From Cylindrospermopsis raciborskii Cr2010 (GTDB taxonomy: Bacteria; Cyanobacteriota; Cyanobacteriia; Cyanobacteriales; Nostocaceae), in NCBI RefSeq assembly GCF_003367075.2, contig NZ_CP065936.1:2820001-2852000 (forward strand): a DNA stretch of 32,000 nucleotides. The letters run 5' to 3'. Each line of letters begins with the position of its first letter. Position 1 is the stretch's first letter. Below, piece after piece: positions 1 to 8,463 of the stretch. Both the position numbers and the translations under genes were made by a program. Below the pieces are notes generated by a model that searched no databases, was not told the origin of the DNA, and saw only the letters and a program-made list of their open reading frames with translations.

Positions 1-468
1 TTCATCAATCAGCTGAAATAAATCCCTGTCTCCTGATAGGATTTTCACTCGATAGCCACTACAGACTGCTGTTTCGGCTAAGGTACCTAATATATCATCT
101 GCTTCGTAACCTGGCTGTGTGATAATTTGTATATTTAATGCTTTTAATAAATCATATAAGTTAAATAAGTCGGGAATGAAATCTTCCGGTGTATCTGCCC
201 TATTTGCTTTGTAGTTACTATCTGCTTCATGGCGAAAGGTGGGCACAGCTAAATCAAATGCTATTGCTATGGCTTGTGGCTGTTCCTTTGCTATTACATC
301 TAATAAGCATTGAATGAAGCCAAAGCAAACATTGGTAGGAATACCTGATTTTGTGCGTAATCCACCTGCTCTACTTTTGGCAAAGGCAAAATAGGAGCGG
401 AAAGCGAGGGAGTGTCCATCTACCAGAATGATGGTAGGATAACTTTGGTCTACAGAATCTAAAATCAC
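1..468 (-). CDS. polA: DNA polymerase I, N-terminal 5'-3' exonuclease domain (partial; continues beyond window start)
   Basis: Not in the ORF track because it runs off the window. Minus-strand translation from GTG at 468-466 (in-frame TAG at 480-478) gives VILDSVDQSYPTIILVDGHSLAFRSYFAFAKSRAGGLRTKSGIPTNVCFGF...PGYEADDILGTLA...ILSGDRDLFQLIDE. This is the classic Pol I/FEN 5'-3' exonuclease N-terminus. Confidence 0.8.
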   Translation of the reverse strand, partial: MILDSVDQSYPTIILVDGHSLAFRSYFAFAKSRAGGLRTKSGIPTNVCFGFIQCLLDVIAKEQPQAIAIAFDLAVPTFRHEADSNYKANRADTPEDFIPDLFNLYDLLKALNIQIITQPGYEADDILGTLAETAVCSGYRVKILSGDRDLFQLIDE

Positions 469-519
469 TGAGTTGGCCTATGGTTGATAATTTGGTGTTG
501 AGATTGAGAACAATCAATA

Positions 520-1398
520 ATGGAAGTATGTTTTATTATGGTATCTATCAACAATCAACCGGTAATTAGTGGGGCGATTAAGCTCCTGGTATTGGACATA
601 GACGGTACAATTGCTGGACATGACAATCAAATTAGTGAAACTGTTAAAATGGCTATTGCCAAAGTTCAAAGTCAGGGAATTCAGGTAGCTATAGCTACTG
701 GAAGGATGTATTGCTCGGCTTTGCGATTTCATCAGGATATTGGGTCTAGCTTACCACTAATGGCTTATCAAGGAGCTTGGATTCAAAATCCTCACACGGG
801 TGAGTTACATCGTCACCTAGCTGTTTCTAAGAGCATTGCTGATCAGTTGTTAGATTACTTTGAACGGCCAGATTTACGCCCTTTGCTTTCTGTTCATTTT
901 TACGTTGGTGATCAACTTTACGTGCGGGAGATGACAACCGAAACCACAATGTATGTGGAGCGTTCTGGAGTTACTCCTTTAGCTATTGGCGATTTACGTC
1001 AATTGTTAACTGATGGGGGTTCAGGACCCACTAAGGTTTTGGCTTTATCCCATGATGTGGATTTGATTCAGGAACTTTTGGGTAAGTTACGTCTCCAATA
1101 TACTCCCGCAGAACTTTATATGACAACTTCTGTTTCCACTTTTTTGGAGGTAACTAACCCTTTTGTTAATAAAGGTACTGCTGTGAGATATTTGGCGGAG
1201 GAACTACTTGGATTAACCAGTGATAATGTGATGACTATTGGTGATAATTTCAATGACCTGGAAATGCTGGAATATGCTGGCATTGGTGTGGCCATGGGTG
1301 ATGCACCTCAACCAGTACAGGCGATCGCCAATTGGGTTACTTCTAGTGTGGAAGAGGATGGGGTAGCAATTGCCATAGAAAAGTTTTTGCTCAAATAG
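520..1398 (+). CDS. HAD-IIB (Cof-type) phosphatase
   Basis: 292-aa ORF with HAD motif I LVLDIDGTI and motif IV GDNFNDLEM, plus a large cap region as in Cof-like sugar phosphatases. Alternative ATG at 538. Confidence 0.8.
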   Translation: MEVCFIMVSINNQPVISGAIKLLVLDIDGTIAGHDNQISETVKMAIAKVQSQGIQVAIATGRMYCSALRFHQDIGSSLPLMAYQGAWIQNPHTGELHRHLAVSKSIADQLLDYFERPDLRPLLSVHFYVGDQLYVREMTTETTMYVERSGVTPLAIGDLRQLLTDGGSGPTKVLALSHDVDLIQELLGKLRLQYTPAELYMTTSVSTFLEVTNPFVNKGTAVRYLAEELLGLTSDNVMTIGDNFNDLEMLEYAGIGVAMGDAPQPVQAIANWVTSSVEEDGVAIAIEKFLLK

Positions 1399-1401
1399 TT
1401 A

Positions 1402-2304
1402 CTACAGCTGAGAAATAGCAGTGACATTCAACTTAACCTCCAAAATATACTTTATAACTACCTGAGTCAAAATCAGCATTCCTATTCTCGCTTTAGCTAG
1501 TTCCAGATCATGAATTTTTACATATCCCCAAATAGGACAGTTAGACCAAAATTTCTCAAACGCGGAACTTAATTTTTCAGCGACTGCTAACCAATTAATA
1601 GAACGCTGAATATGGGGGAATGCCAAATCATCCACAGTTCTCACCAACAGGTGAATGAGATGAATTTCATCTGGTTGATAAAAACGGAGTTTTTGGCAGT
1701 GGTCTAACCAAGGTATGAAACTGACTGATAATAACGGTTGACCCTCAGTGTCATTTTCGACAATTTTTATCCAGCCTTCACGTTTTGCTAAATTAATGAG
1801 CGAAACACATCTGGCGTAAGCATGTTGAACAGCAAAAATACTCAACGAATTATAGACAGAACAAGCATGGCTTTGAATTTGGGAATTCACCCCCCAGTCT
1901 AGAATAGGTTGCCAATTATGATCTTTAATTGTGAGTCTATGTAGCCAAGATGCTATAGTCAAGTCAGTTGGTTGTATATGAATGGAACCAGTTGTGGGGA
2001 CCTGAACGTCAAAAATATCGGTGTTGCTGGCGGAAAAATGGCTTGCAATCAAATTAACCAGATCAAGCTTATGATCAGTTAGTTTACCAGGTGCTAAAAA
2101 ATTAGTCCCAGGGAAGACCTGCAAAGCTACATCAGCAATATATAATATTTTTTTACCATTTGTATCTTGGTATAGAGGTAATTTTCCTCGTTCCATCCAT
2201 AGAATTTTCTCATTCTTAGTATAAACACTTAGAAAATTCACCAAATGGATATATACTAAATGTTTAACTGAGGTATACTTCTGAAATAGTAGCGAGTGTT
2301 GCAC
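1402..2304 (-). CDS. DALR anticodon-binding domain protein (stand-alone paralog of the arginyl-tRNA synthetase C-terminal region)
   Basis: 300-aa ORF with GTG start at 2304. AVQHAYARCVSLINLAKREG resembles the ArgRS (Q)YAHARxxS motif. A helical C-terminus follows (LSSAFEKFWSNCPIWG...LAKARIGMLILTQVVIKYILE), like a DALR domain. No class I HIGH/KMSKS catalytic motifs. Start uncertain; next Met is 36 codons in. Confidence 0.55.
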   Translation of the reverse strand: MQHSLLFQKYTSVKHLVYIHLVNFLSVYTKNEKILWMERGKLPLYQDTNGKKILYIADVALQVFPGTNFLAPGKLTDHKLDLVNLIASHFSASNTDIFDVQVPTTGSIHIQPTDLTIASWLHRLTIKDHNWQPILDWGVNSQIQSHACSVYNSLSIFAVQHAYARCVSLINLAKREGWIKIVENDTEGQPLLSVSFIPWLDHCQKLRFYQPDEIHLIHLLVRTVDDLAFPHIQRSINWLAVAEKLSSAFEKFWSNCPIWGYVKIHDLELAKARIGMLILTQVVIKYILEVKLNVTAISQL

Positions 2305-2615
2305 GTAGTCAAACAGAAAACTCTTAGGGTTATCCCAATTTTATCCTGTTCGATCTGTCTTAAGATAGAAATTTACTCTAAGTGGAGGAAAATGAGGGTA
2401 GGATAAAATTTCATGAGTAATCCATGAATAATCGGTAAACTTCACTACTCTCATGGCTAAGAAGTATAACAAAATAGTAGATAGCAACATATACCCGCTG
2501 TCTACATTTTGGATGGCTGACACCACAGGGTGTTAGGCCCACCCTGTTAACACCAAGACACTCCTTGCGCCTTTTAATTTAATCTTTGTCTTGAGTTGAA
2601 CGCTATTTGTGACCT

Positions 2616-3335
2616 ATGCAATCTCAATCATCTTTTTCCGAAGCATCACGCCCATTTTTAACCTGGCAACGAATTCTTGACTGGGCACAAGAACACTACC
2701 GCTGTCGCACCTTCAGTAAAGACGAACGCATTCCCGCTAGACCTGGTTTGCTATATTTAGTTCAAAGAGGTGCCATCCGCATGGTGGGAACAGCACAAGT
2801 AAGTGCTACTGCTAGTCAACTAACATCCAGACGTATCAACAGAACTCCTGAGGAAGCATTTTTGGGTTTTGTAGGAGCAGGACAACCATTTGAAATAGTT
2901 GCCCAGTCCCCATTTACACTCCAAGCTTATGCCCACGTTGACCAAACTGCGGTTCTGTGGATGTACTGGCATGATTTAGATAACTGGCCTCACTTCCGCC
3001 GTGAAGTTATGGATGCTTTTAGATACCAACATCAACGCAAGTTGTTATGGTTAAGTGCTTTAGGTCAACGCCGCACCATCGATCGACTCCTCGGATTTCT
3101 TACCCTGTTGATTGAGGAATACGGAGAACCAGCAATGAGTGAGACTGATCCTGATGTCATTCGTGGCTATTGTTTACCTTTCCCCCTTACCCATGCCCAA
3201 ATTGGTAGTGCGATCGGTTCTACCCGGGTCACTGTCACCCGCTTGATGGGTAAGTTACGTCAACGTGGACTAATTCTTACCCAGGGTGATAATTTGATTT
3301 GCTTACCAGCAGAATCAATTAACAGAGTTAGTTAA
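2616..3335 (+). CDS. Crp/Fnr-family transcriptional regulator
   Basis: 239-aa ORF. The C-terminal HTH THAQIGSAIGSTRVTVTRLMGKLRQRGLI is very close to the NtcA/Crp recognition helix region, and an N-terminal beta-roll-like effector domain is present. It is not NtcA itself, because the N-terminus differs. Confidence 0.8.
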   Translation: MQSQSSFSEASRPFLTWQRILDWAQEHYRCRTFSKDERIPARPGLLYLVQRGAIRMVGTAQVSATASQLTSRRINRTPEEAFLGFVGAGQPFEIVAQSPFTLQAYAHVDQTAVLWMYWHDLDNWPHFRREVMDAFRYQHQRKLLWLSALGQRRTIDRLLGFLTLLIEEYGEPAMSETDPDVIRGYCLPFPLTHAQIGSAIGSTRVTVTRLMGKLRQRGLILTQGDNLICLPAESINRVS

Positions 3336-3485
3336 AAGCGCCATCAACACTAAATGCGAAATCCACAGTTCCCTCTGTGAAAATTGTCATCTATAGCAAG
3401 CAGGTATGAGTGAAATATAACACCTTTACATGTTTTTATTTCTATACCTGCCCTAACGCATTTAGTGATACCCTGGCTGGAAAAT

Positions 3486-3752
3486 TCAAGGGTTGTGACA
3501 ACGCTTTTGGTAGTATCCTAGGATCTGCTGAATTCGTTGAGAATTACTATCAGCTTGCCAGGAAATACACAGAGACTTGATTTGACTTTGGTGATAATCA
3601 AATTCTGGGGATGTTTGAGTGACTAACTCCACGTGGACACCCTTTACCTGGCATAAATGGGCAGCTATTTCTTTATATACAGCCAAGGGTAAACAGGGGA
3701 ATTCAATTTCAATTTTGGTTTCGGTTTGTGTTATAGTCAGCATTGTTTCCAT
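3486..3752 (-). CDS. hypothetical protein (88 aa)
   Basis: ATG-initiated ORF 39 nt downstream of the lipoprotein gene on the same strand. No motif recognised. Confidence 0.45.
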   Translation of the reverse strand: METMLTITQTETKIEIEFPCLPLAVYKEIAAHLCQVKGVHVELVTQTSPEFDYHQSQIKSLCISWQADSNSQRIQQILGYYQKRCHNP

Positions 3753-3791
3753 ATTTTTTGATATATATACGTTATAAACGGAGTTAGAAGC

Positions 3792-4448
3792 TTAACAAAG
3801 TTCACTCCCATTATCTTGTGCACTGATAACTTTCCTGACTTCTACCCCAAACTGTTCTAAAACGACTACTGGGTTGTTGCACAGATTAACTTCTATCCGC
3901 TTAACTAAAACACCATTAGCCAATCTTTCCCCAGCTTGTACGTAACGACTGTTTAAATCGTCGGGTAGTTTAATAATTGCCTGGGCTTGTTGATTGACTA
4001 GAATTACACCACTTACTAAAATGGAATGTGCCAGTTTAGTACCTGGTAGTTTTGGTAGTGAAGGTTTTATAGGCTTTTTATCCGTAATTTCTAGTTCAGC
4101 TTGGGGAATTACCAGTGGTTTTTTGGAACTACTAGTATTGTTAGTATTGTTGCTCTTTACCACAGAGGGTAATGGGGAGACTTTTTTAGGGATTGGCTGC
4201 GGAACCTGGATAATTTGGGCAAAAGGGTCACGTCTAGTTTTTACCAAGGATGGGACAGACCTGTTTTGGGTGGTTGATGGAATCCCCTGATTTTTTACCG
4301 GACTAACCTTAATTTTAGCAGGAACGACAGGATCGGTAAACTGGACAATGGCGGGGGGTTTTTGGCCTTCTCCTCGGGAATTGTTTCCTAAACCGCACCC
4401 GCTCATAGCCAAAGTTGAAATAGCTAAGGCTATAATTTTCGCGCTCAT
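3792..4448 (-). CDS. putative lipoprotein with Pro/Ser/Asn-rich linker and a C-terminal beta-rich domain
   Basis: 218-aa ORF. N-terminus MSAKIIALAISTLAMSGCGLGNN has a signal peptide and a lipobox-like MSGC. A low-complexity linker follows (PQPIPKKVSPLPSVVKSNNTNNTSSSKKP). The C-terminal segment VSGVILVNQQAQAIIKLPDD..YVQAGERLANGVLVKRIE is reminiscent of PilP/GspC-type domains (tentative). Confidence 0.6.
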   Translation of the reverse strand: MSAKIIALAISTLAMSGCGLGNNSRGEGQKPPAIVQFTDPVVPAKIKVSPVKNQGIPSTTQNRSVPSLVKTRRDPFAQIIQVPQPIPKKVSPLPSVVKSNNTNNTSSSKKPLVIPQAELEITDKKPIKPSLPKLPGTKLAHSILVSGVILVNQQAQAIIKLPDDLNSRYVQAGERLANGVLVKRIEVNLCNNPVVVLEQFGVEVRKVISAQDNGSELC

Positions 4449-4543
4449 TGAGGTTTGATAAGGTTGTAATTAGTTGGGTAAGGGACAAGCCCCGGTTTAG
4501 AACTTCTAAATCCAGGGCTTGGATCTGCTTTTTTGGTCAAGTC

Positions 4544-5374
4544 TTAACTGTTTGTTGATACGCGACCATAGAATAAACCGCGAATCTTCACTTCCTTGGG
4601 CTCACCAGCACCCAAATCCGTATCAGAGGGTTGCTCACTCTCGAAAGTGCCAGCTATTTCACCAGTAGAATTGTCCACTCTAGATACTTGTAAAGAAATC
4701 TTGCCTTGGAGAATTTCTGTGCGCTTCACATTAGTACGAGTTAAATCATCAGCATCGGATTGAGCTGGTAAAGCCACAGCATTGTCATAGCCACTTACCA
4801 CCCCACGACCTTTAGGATCAAGGAAAGCAGCTCCACGATAGGAAGGAACCTTAAACTTACCTTCAAAGTCAGTGGAAGTATTGATGTTAGTCGAGTTAGG
4901 TTGTGTTTGTGCAACTAAATCTTTAATAGTAAATAGGAAAGGTACTAGTTCGCCACCAGGTAGTTTCACGGTAATAGCTTGGAAGTCAAAACCATCTTTT
5001 TCCACAAAAGTCAAACTATTATCTGGATTTATTTTTAGGTCCCCTTGCACTTGGTCAATGGTGGATGTGTATCTAGTCAACAATCTACCAGGTACAAATT
5101 CCGCTTCTTGTCGTTTATTAGCTGGTTCTTCTTTGACAAAGTAACTAGTAGGTTCTAAGCAAAGCTCACTAATGGTATAAGACTGGTTACTTTCTAAATT
5201 AATAGAGCCACGACTAACCTCTGATAACTGAGGACACTTGTTAGCTAAACCAGTTCCTCTAATTTCTTCATAAGTTAGTAGATCCTTGCTGCTGGATGAG
5301 GGAGCATCACTGCAAGCGGTGATCAGACCCAAGCATAAAGCTAAGAAGGCAATTATTAAAGCACGATATCTCAT
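4544..5374 (-). CDS. psbO: photosystem II manganese-stabilising protein PsbO
   Basis: Hallmark PsbO motifs: LTYEEIRGTGLANKCPQL, FLDPKGRG and GEIAGTFESEQPSDTDLGA. The track start at 5386 is a TTG, so I use the ATG at 5374 (MRYRALIIAFLALCLGLITAC...). Confidence 0.93.
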   Translation of the reverse strand: MRYRALIIAFLALCLGLITACSDAPSSSSKDLLTYEEIRGTGLANKCPQLSEVSRGSINLESNQSYTISELCLEPTSYFVKEEPANKRQEAEFVPGRLLTRYTSTIDQVQGDLKINPDNSLTFVEKDGFDFQAITVKLPGGELVPFLFTIKDLVAQTQPNSTNINTSTDFEGKFKVPSYRGAAFLDPKGRGVVSGYDNAVALPAQSDADDLTRTNVKRTEILQGKISLQVSRVDNSTGEIAGTFESEQPSDTDLGAGEPKEVKIRGLFYGRVSTNS

Positions 5375-5688
5375 GGTCAACCTCAATGTCGTTAATATCT
5401 AAGTTGTAAAACTGCTCTACATTCAAACTACCATTGAGGGGAGCATCAATCAATTGACCAATTAACGATGATAATTAATCAAGTAAGGTTAAACCGGGAG
5501 TGTTAGCCCAATCTCTGGGCTAAAAGCGGTTTATCGGCGTTTTAAATAGGCAGTTTATATGGTGATGTTATCCTGGAGTAAGGTTCTGTTATTCCAGCTC
5601 CTGCAAATTTTCGAGGAGCGAGCATAGCAAAAAGTGCCTCAAATGTCAAGCCGTCCACAAGGACGGGGTCTAAAACCCGTAATTTCCG

Positions 5689-6069
5689 ATGAAGAAAGAC
5701 CAAAATCTGCCGTTGGAAGATTCATCCAGCAGTTTACAAGCAATTAATAATGCAGTTAGGGAAGCAGTTACAGCTTGTCAAGGTGAGACAAAAAACTTAC
5801 TAAATTTATTAAGAGAATTAGAGTATTTACATAAAGAAATTCGTGATGGAGTTTTTCAGGATAGTCTACCGGAAAATCGTCAAGAACTATATAGCCTTCT
5901 GAAAGATATTGAATCTACTGGTGGATGGCCCTATATTGAGCGTATGCGATTGCAATGGTTTTTAGTAAACTTAGCTACTAAAACAAATGGCTGTGATGCG
6001 GAAATAGAAATTTCCCATCCTCAACCTCGTACTGATGATACTCAAAGCAATAAAAGCAATATAGAATAG
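5689..6069 (+). CDS. hypothetical protein (126 aa) upstream of ftsQ
   Basis: ATG ORF, same strand and 58 nt upstream of ftsQ. Predicted helical (LLNLLRELEYLHKEIRDGVF..). No recognised domain. Confidence 0.5.
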   Translation: MKKDQNLPLEDSSSSLQAINNAVREAVTACQGETKNLLNLLRELEYLHKEIRDGVFQDSLPENRQELYSLLKDIESTGGWPYIERMRLQWFLVNLATKTNGCDAEIEISHPQPRTDDTQSNKSNIE

Positions 6070-6127
6070 TAAGCCAATCATGGTTGTGTCTGATACCAAG
6101 AATTGCAAAAACTAGAAAGGGGTTGTA

Positions 6128-7006
6128 ATGACAGACATGTTATCGGTTTCTCGTCGGGATTTGCTCAAACGGAGACAAAAATTGCGTCGCCATAGACAGA
6201 TGAAAATTCTCACAGGTGTTTGGCGAATTCTAGCCACTAGTAGCATTGCAGGGGGAATGTTTTGGATAATATTGGGACCTGTTTGGGTGATCACAACTCC
6301 CGGACAAATTTTGATGAGGTCGGGGAATCAACTACTACCCCAGAAAACAGTCCAAAGACTGCTGCAATTTTCTTATCCCCAGTCCCTATGGCGAATTAAA
6401 CCTGCTGCAATTGCCCAATCCCTGGAAAGACAACCAATTATTGCCCAGGCAATAGTTAACCGTCGTTTGTTTCCACCTGGGTTAAATATTGAGATTCAAG
6501 AAAGAGTACCGGTAGCAATGATTCAACTTTCGTTAAAAGCTAATGCAACAAATTGTGTCTCCAATTCTCAGGTCTCTTCAAAAAAAGTCACCTCACCCGC
6601 AATTCCGTGTTCCCAAAGTCCCAAAGGTGATGATATAAATTTAATAGATGCCAGTGGAAACTTGATCCCCTGGGAAAAATATACCGCCTTCAATCCCCAG
6701 GGTAAATTACCTGCTTTGAAAGTATTAGGTTCACCAGAACAATATCGCCCTTACTGGGTTCCGGTGTATCAAGCCATCCAAGACAATTCTTTAAACGTAA
6801 TGGAAATTGATTTTCGAGATCCGACAAATGTAATTTTCAAAACGGAATTAGGTACTGTACATTTGGGGATTCCCGTGGTGCAATTAGATCAGAAAATACA
6901 GAGGCTCAGGGAAATGGGTAATTTAAAAGCAAAATTTAAATCCGGGGAAATAGTGTATATTGATCTCCAAAGTCCTGATTACCCATTAGTACAATTGCAT
7001 CAATAA
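6128..7006 (+). CDS. ftsQ: cell division protein FtsQ (POTRA domain)
   Basis: Basic N-terminus followed by one TM helix (ILATSSIAGGMFWIILGPVWVI). POTRA-like IVNRRLFPPGLNIEIQERVPVAMI. Located immediately upstream of ftsZ, as is typical in cyanobacteria. Confidence 0.8.
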   Translation: MTDMLSVSRRDLLKRRQKLRRHRQMKILTGVWRILATSSIAGGMFWIILGPVWVITTPGQILMRSGNQLLPQKTVQRLLQFSYPQSLWRIKPAAIAQSLERQPIIAQAIVNRRLFPPGLNIEIQERVPVAMIQLSLKANATNCVSNSQVSSKKVTSPAIPCSQSPKGDDINLIDASGNLIPWEKYTAFNPQGKLPALKVLGSPEQYRPYWVPVYQAIQDNSLNVMEIDFRDPTNVIFKTELGTVHLGIPVVQLDQKIQRLREMGNLKAKFKSGEIVYIDLQSPDYPLVQLHQ

Positions 7007-7164
7007 CCACTAATTTTTCTCAGGGTTGCACATTCGGTATTAGACTGTTTGTGGAATAATTTGTGTCCATAGATGATAATAGTTTTCACAGACTATAGTT
7101 AACTCTATGTTTGATTTTCGGATTAAGAACAGCATAAAAAATCGTCCATGTAATTTTGTAAACT

Positions 7165-8463
7165 ATGACACTTGATAATAACCAAGAGCTTACTTATAAA
7201 AACTCCCAATCTTTTGGACAACCGGGGTTATCCTTATCAGTTAATTCTAGTAATCCTTTTGGCGGTTCTGGGCTAAACTTAGGACAGGGTAGCGATAATA
7301 CAAAGATGTTGGAAGCTAAACGGATTGGGGAAATTGTTCCTGGAAGGGTCGCCAATATTAAGGTAATTGGTGTTGGTGGTGGCGGAGGTAATGCAGTGAA
7401 CCGGATGATTGAGTCTGATGTGACCGGGGTGGAGTTTTGGTCCATTAATACTGATGCTCAGGCTCTAACCTGGGCTAATGCATCAAGTCGTCTGCAAATC
7501 GGGCAAAAATTAACTAGGGGTCTAGGTGCTGGGGGTAATCCCTCCATTGGTCAAAAAGCAGCGGAGGAGTCCCGTGATGAAATTGCTACCGCTTTGGAGG
7601 GGGCAGATTTGGTATTTATTACTGCTGGTATGGGGGGTGGTACAGGTACGGGTGCTGCTCCCATAGTGGCGGAAGTAGCTAAGGAAATGGGTGCCCTGAC
7701 AGTGGGGGTGGTTACCAGACCATTCGTCTTTGAGGGACGACGACGGACTAGTCAAGCAGAACAGGGTATTGAAGGATTGAAAAGTCGAGTAGATACTTTA
7801 ATTATTATCCCTAATAATAAACTTTTGGAGGTAATACCTGAACAAACTCCCGTACAGGAGGCGTTCCGCTACGCTGATGATGTATTGCGTCAGGGGGTGC
7901 AGGGTATTTCTGATATTATCACAATCCCAGGTTTAGTCAATGTTGATTTCGCTGATGTGCGGGCAGTTATGGCTGATGCTGGATCTGCTTTGATGGGAAT
8001 TGGTGTGAGTTCTGGAAAATCCAGGGCCCGGGAAGCAGCAATTGCAGCTATTTCATCACCTTTGCTAGAATCCTCCATTGAGGGTGCGAGGGGGGTAGTG
8101 TTTAATATTACCGGTGGCAGCGATCTCACACTTCATGAGGTGAATGCAGCTGCGGAAACTATTTATGAAGTAGTTGATCCCAATGCTAATATTATTTTTG
8201 GGGCGGTAATTGATGATAGACTACAAGGAGAGGTAAGAATTACTGTGATTGCCACTGGCTTTACCGGGGAAGCTCCCGTGCCCACCCCCCAGACTACTAT
8301 TAGTTCTAGAGGGTCTGGTACACCAGCTAAAAAACCAGCACCTCAACCTCCGGTTAATCAACCACCACAACCAACTAACCTAACTCCCCCGCCCTCCAAC
8401 AAGCTTCCCGACATACCCGACTTTTTACAAAGGAGACGTCCTAATCCCCGCAATAATGAGTGA
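7165..8463 (+). CDS. ftsZ: cell division GTPase FtsZ
   Basis: Motifs [17 protein letters not shown], tubulin signature [17 protein letters not shown], and the C-terminal conserved peptide [10 protein letters not shown]. About 60-aa N-terminal extension. Confidence 0.97.
   Translation: MTLDNNQELTYKNSQSFGQPGLSLSVNSSNPFGGSGLNLGQGSDNTKMLEAKRIGEIVPGRVANIKVIGVGGGGGNAVNRMIESDVTGVEFWSINTDAQALTWANASSRLQIGQKLTRGLGAGGNPSIGQKAAEESRDEIATALEGADLVFITAGMGGGTGTGAAPIVAEVAKEMGALTVGVVTRPFVFEGRRRTSQAEQGIEGLKSRVDTLIIIPNNKLLEVIPEQTPVQEAFRYADDVLRQGVQGISDIITIPGLVNVDFADVRAVMADAGSALMGIGVSSGKSRAREAAIAAISSPLLESSIEGARGVVFNITGGSDLTLHEVNAAAETIYEVVDPNANIIFGAVIDDRLQGEVRITVIATGFTGEAPVPTPQTTISSRGSGTPAKKPAPQPPVNQPPQPTNLTPPPSNKLPDIPDFLQRRRPNPRNNE

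Noticed and set aside
2341-2526. 61-aa minus-strand ORF in the intergenic region between the DALR-domain gene and the crp-family gene.
   Set aside because: It has a GTG start, no ribosome-binding site and no recognisable family, and it sits in a divergent promoter region. It is most likely non-coding, and I cannot support it as a gene.
3376-3391. CRP-like site TGTGA-N6-TCATC just downstream of the crp-family gene.
   Set aside because: Only one half-site is canonical, with two mismatches in the other half. It lies between convergent gene ends rather than in a promoter. I mention it only as part of the inverted-repeat finding.
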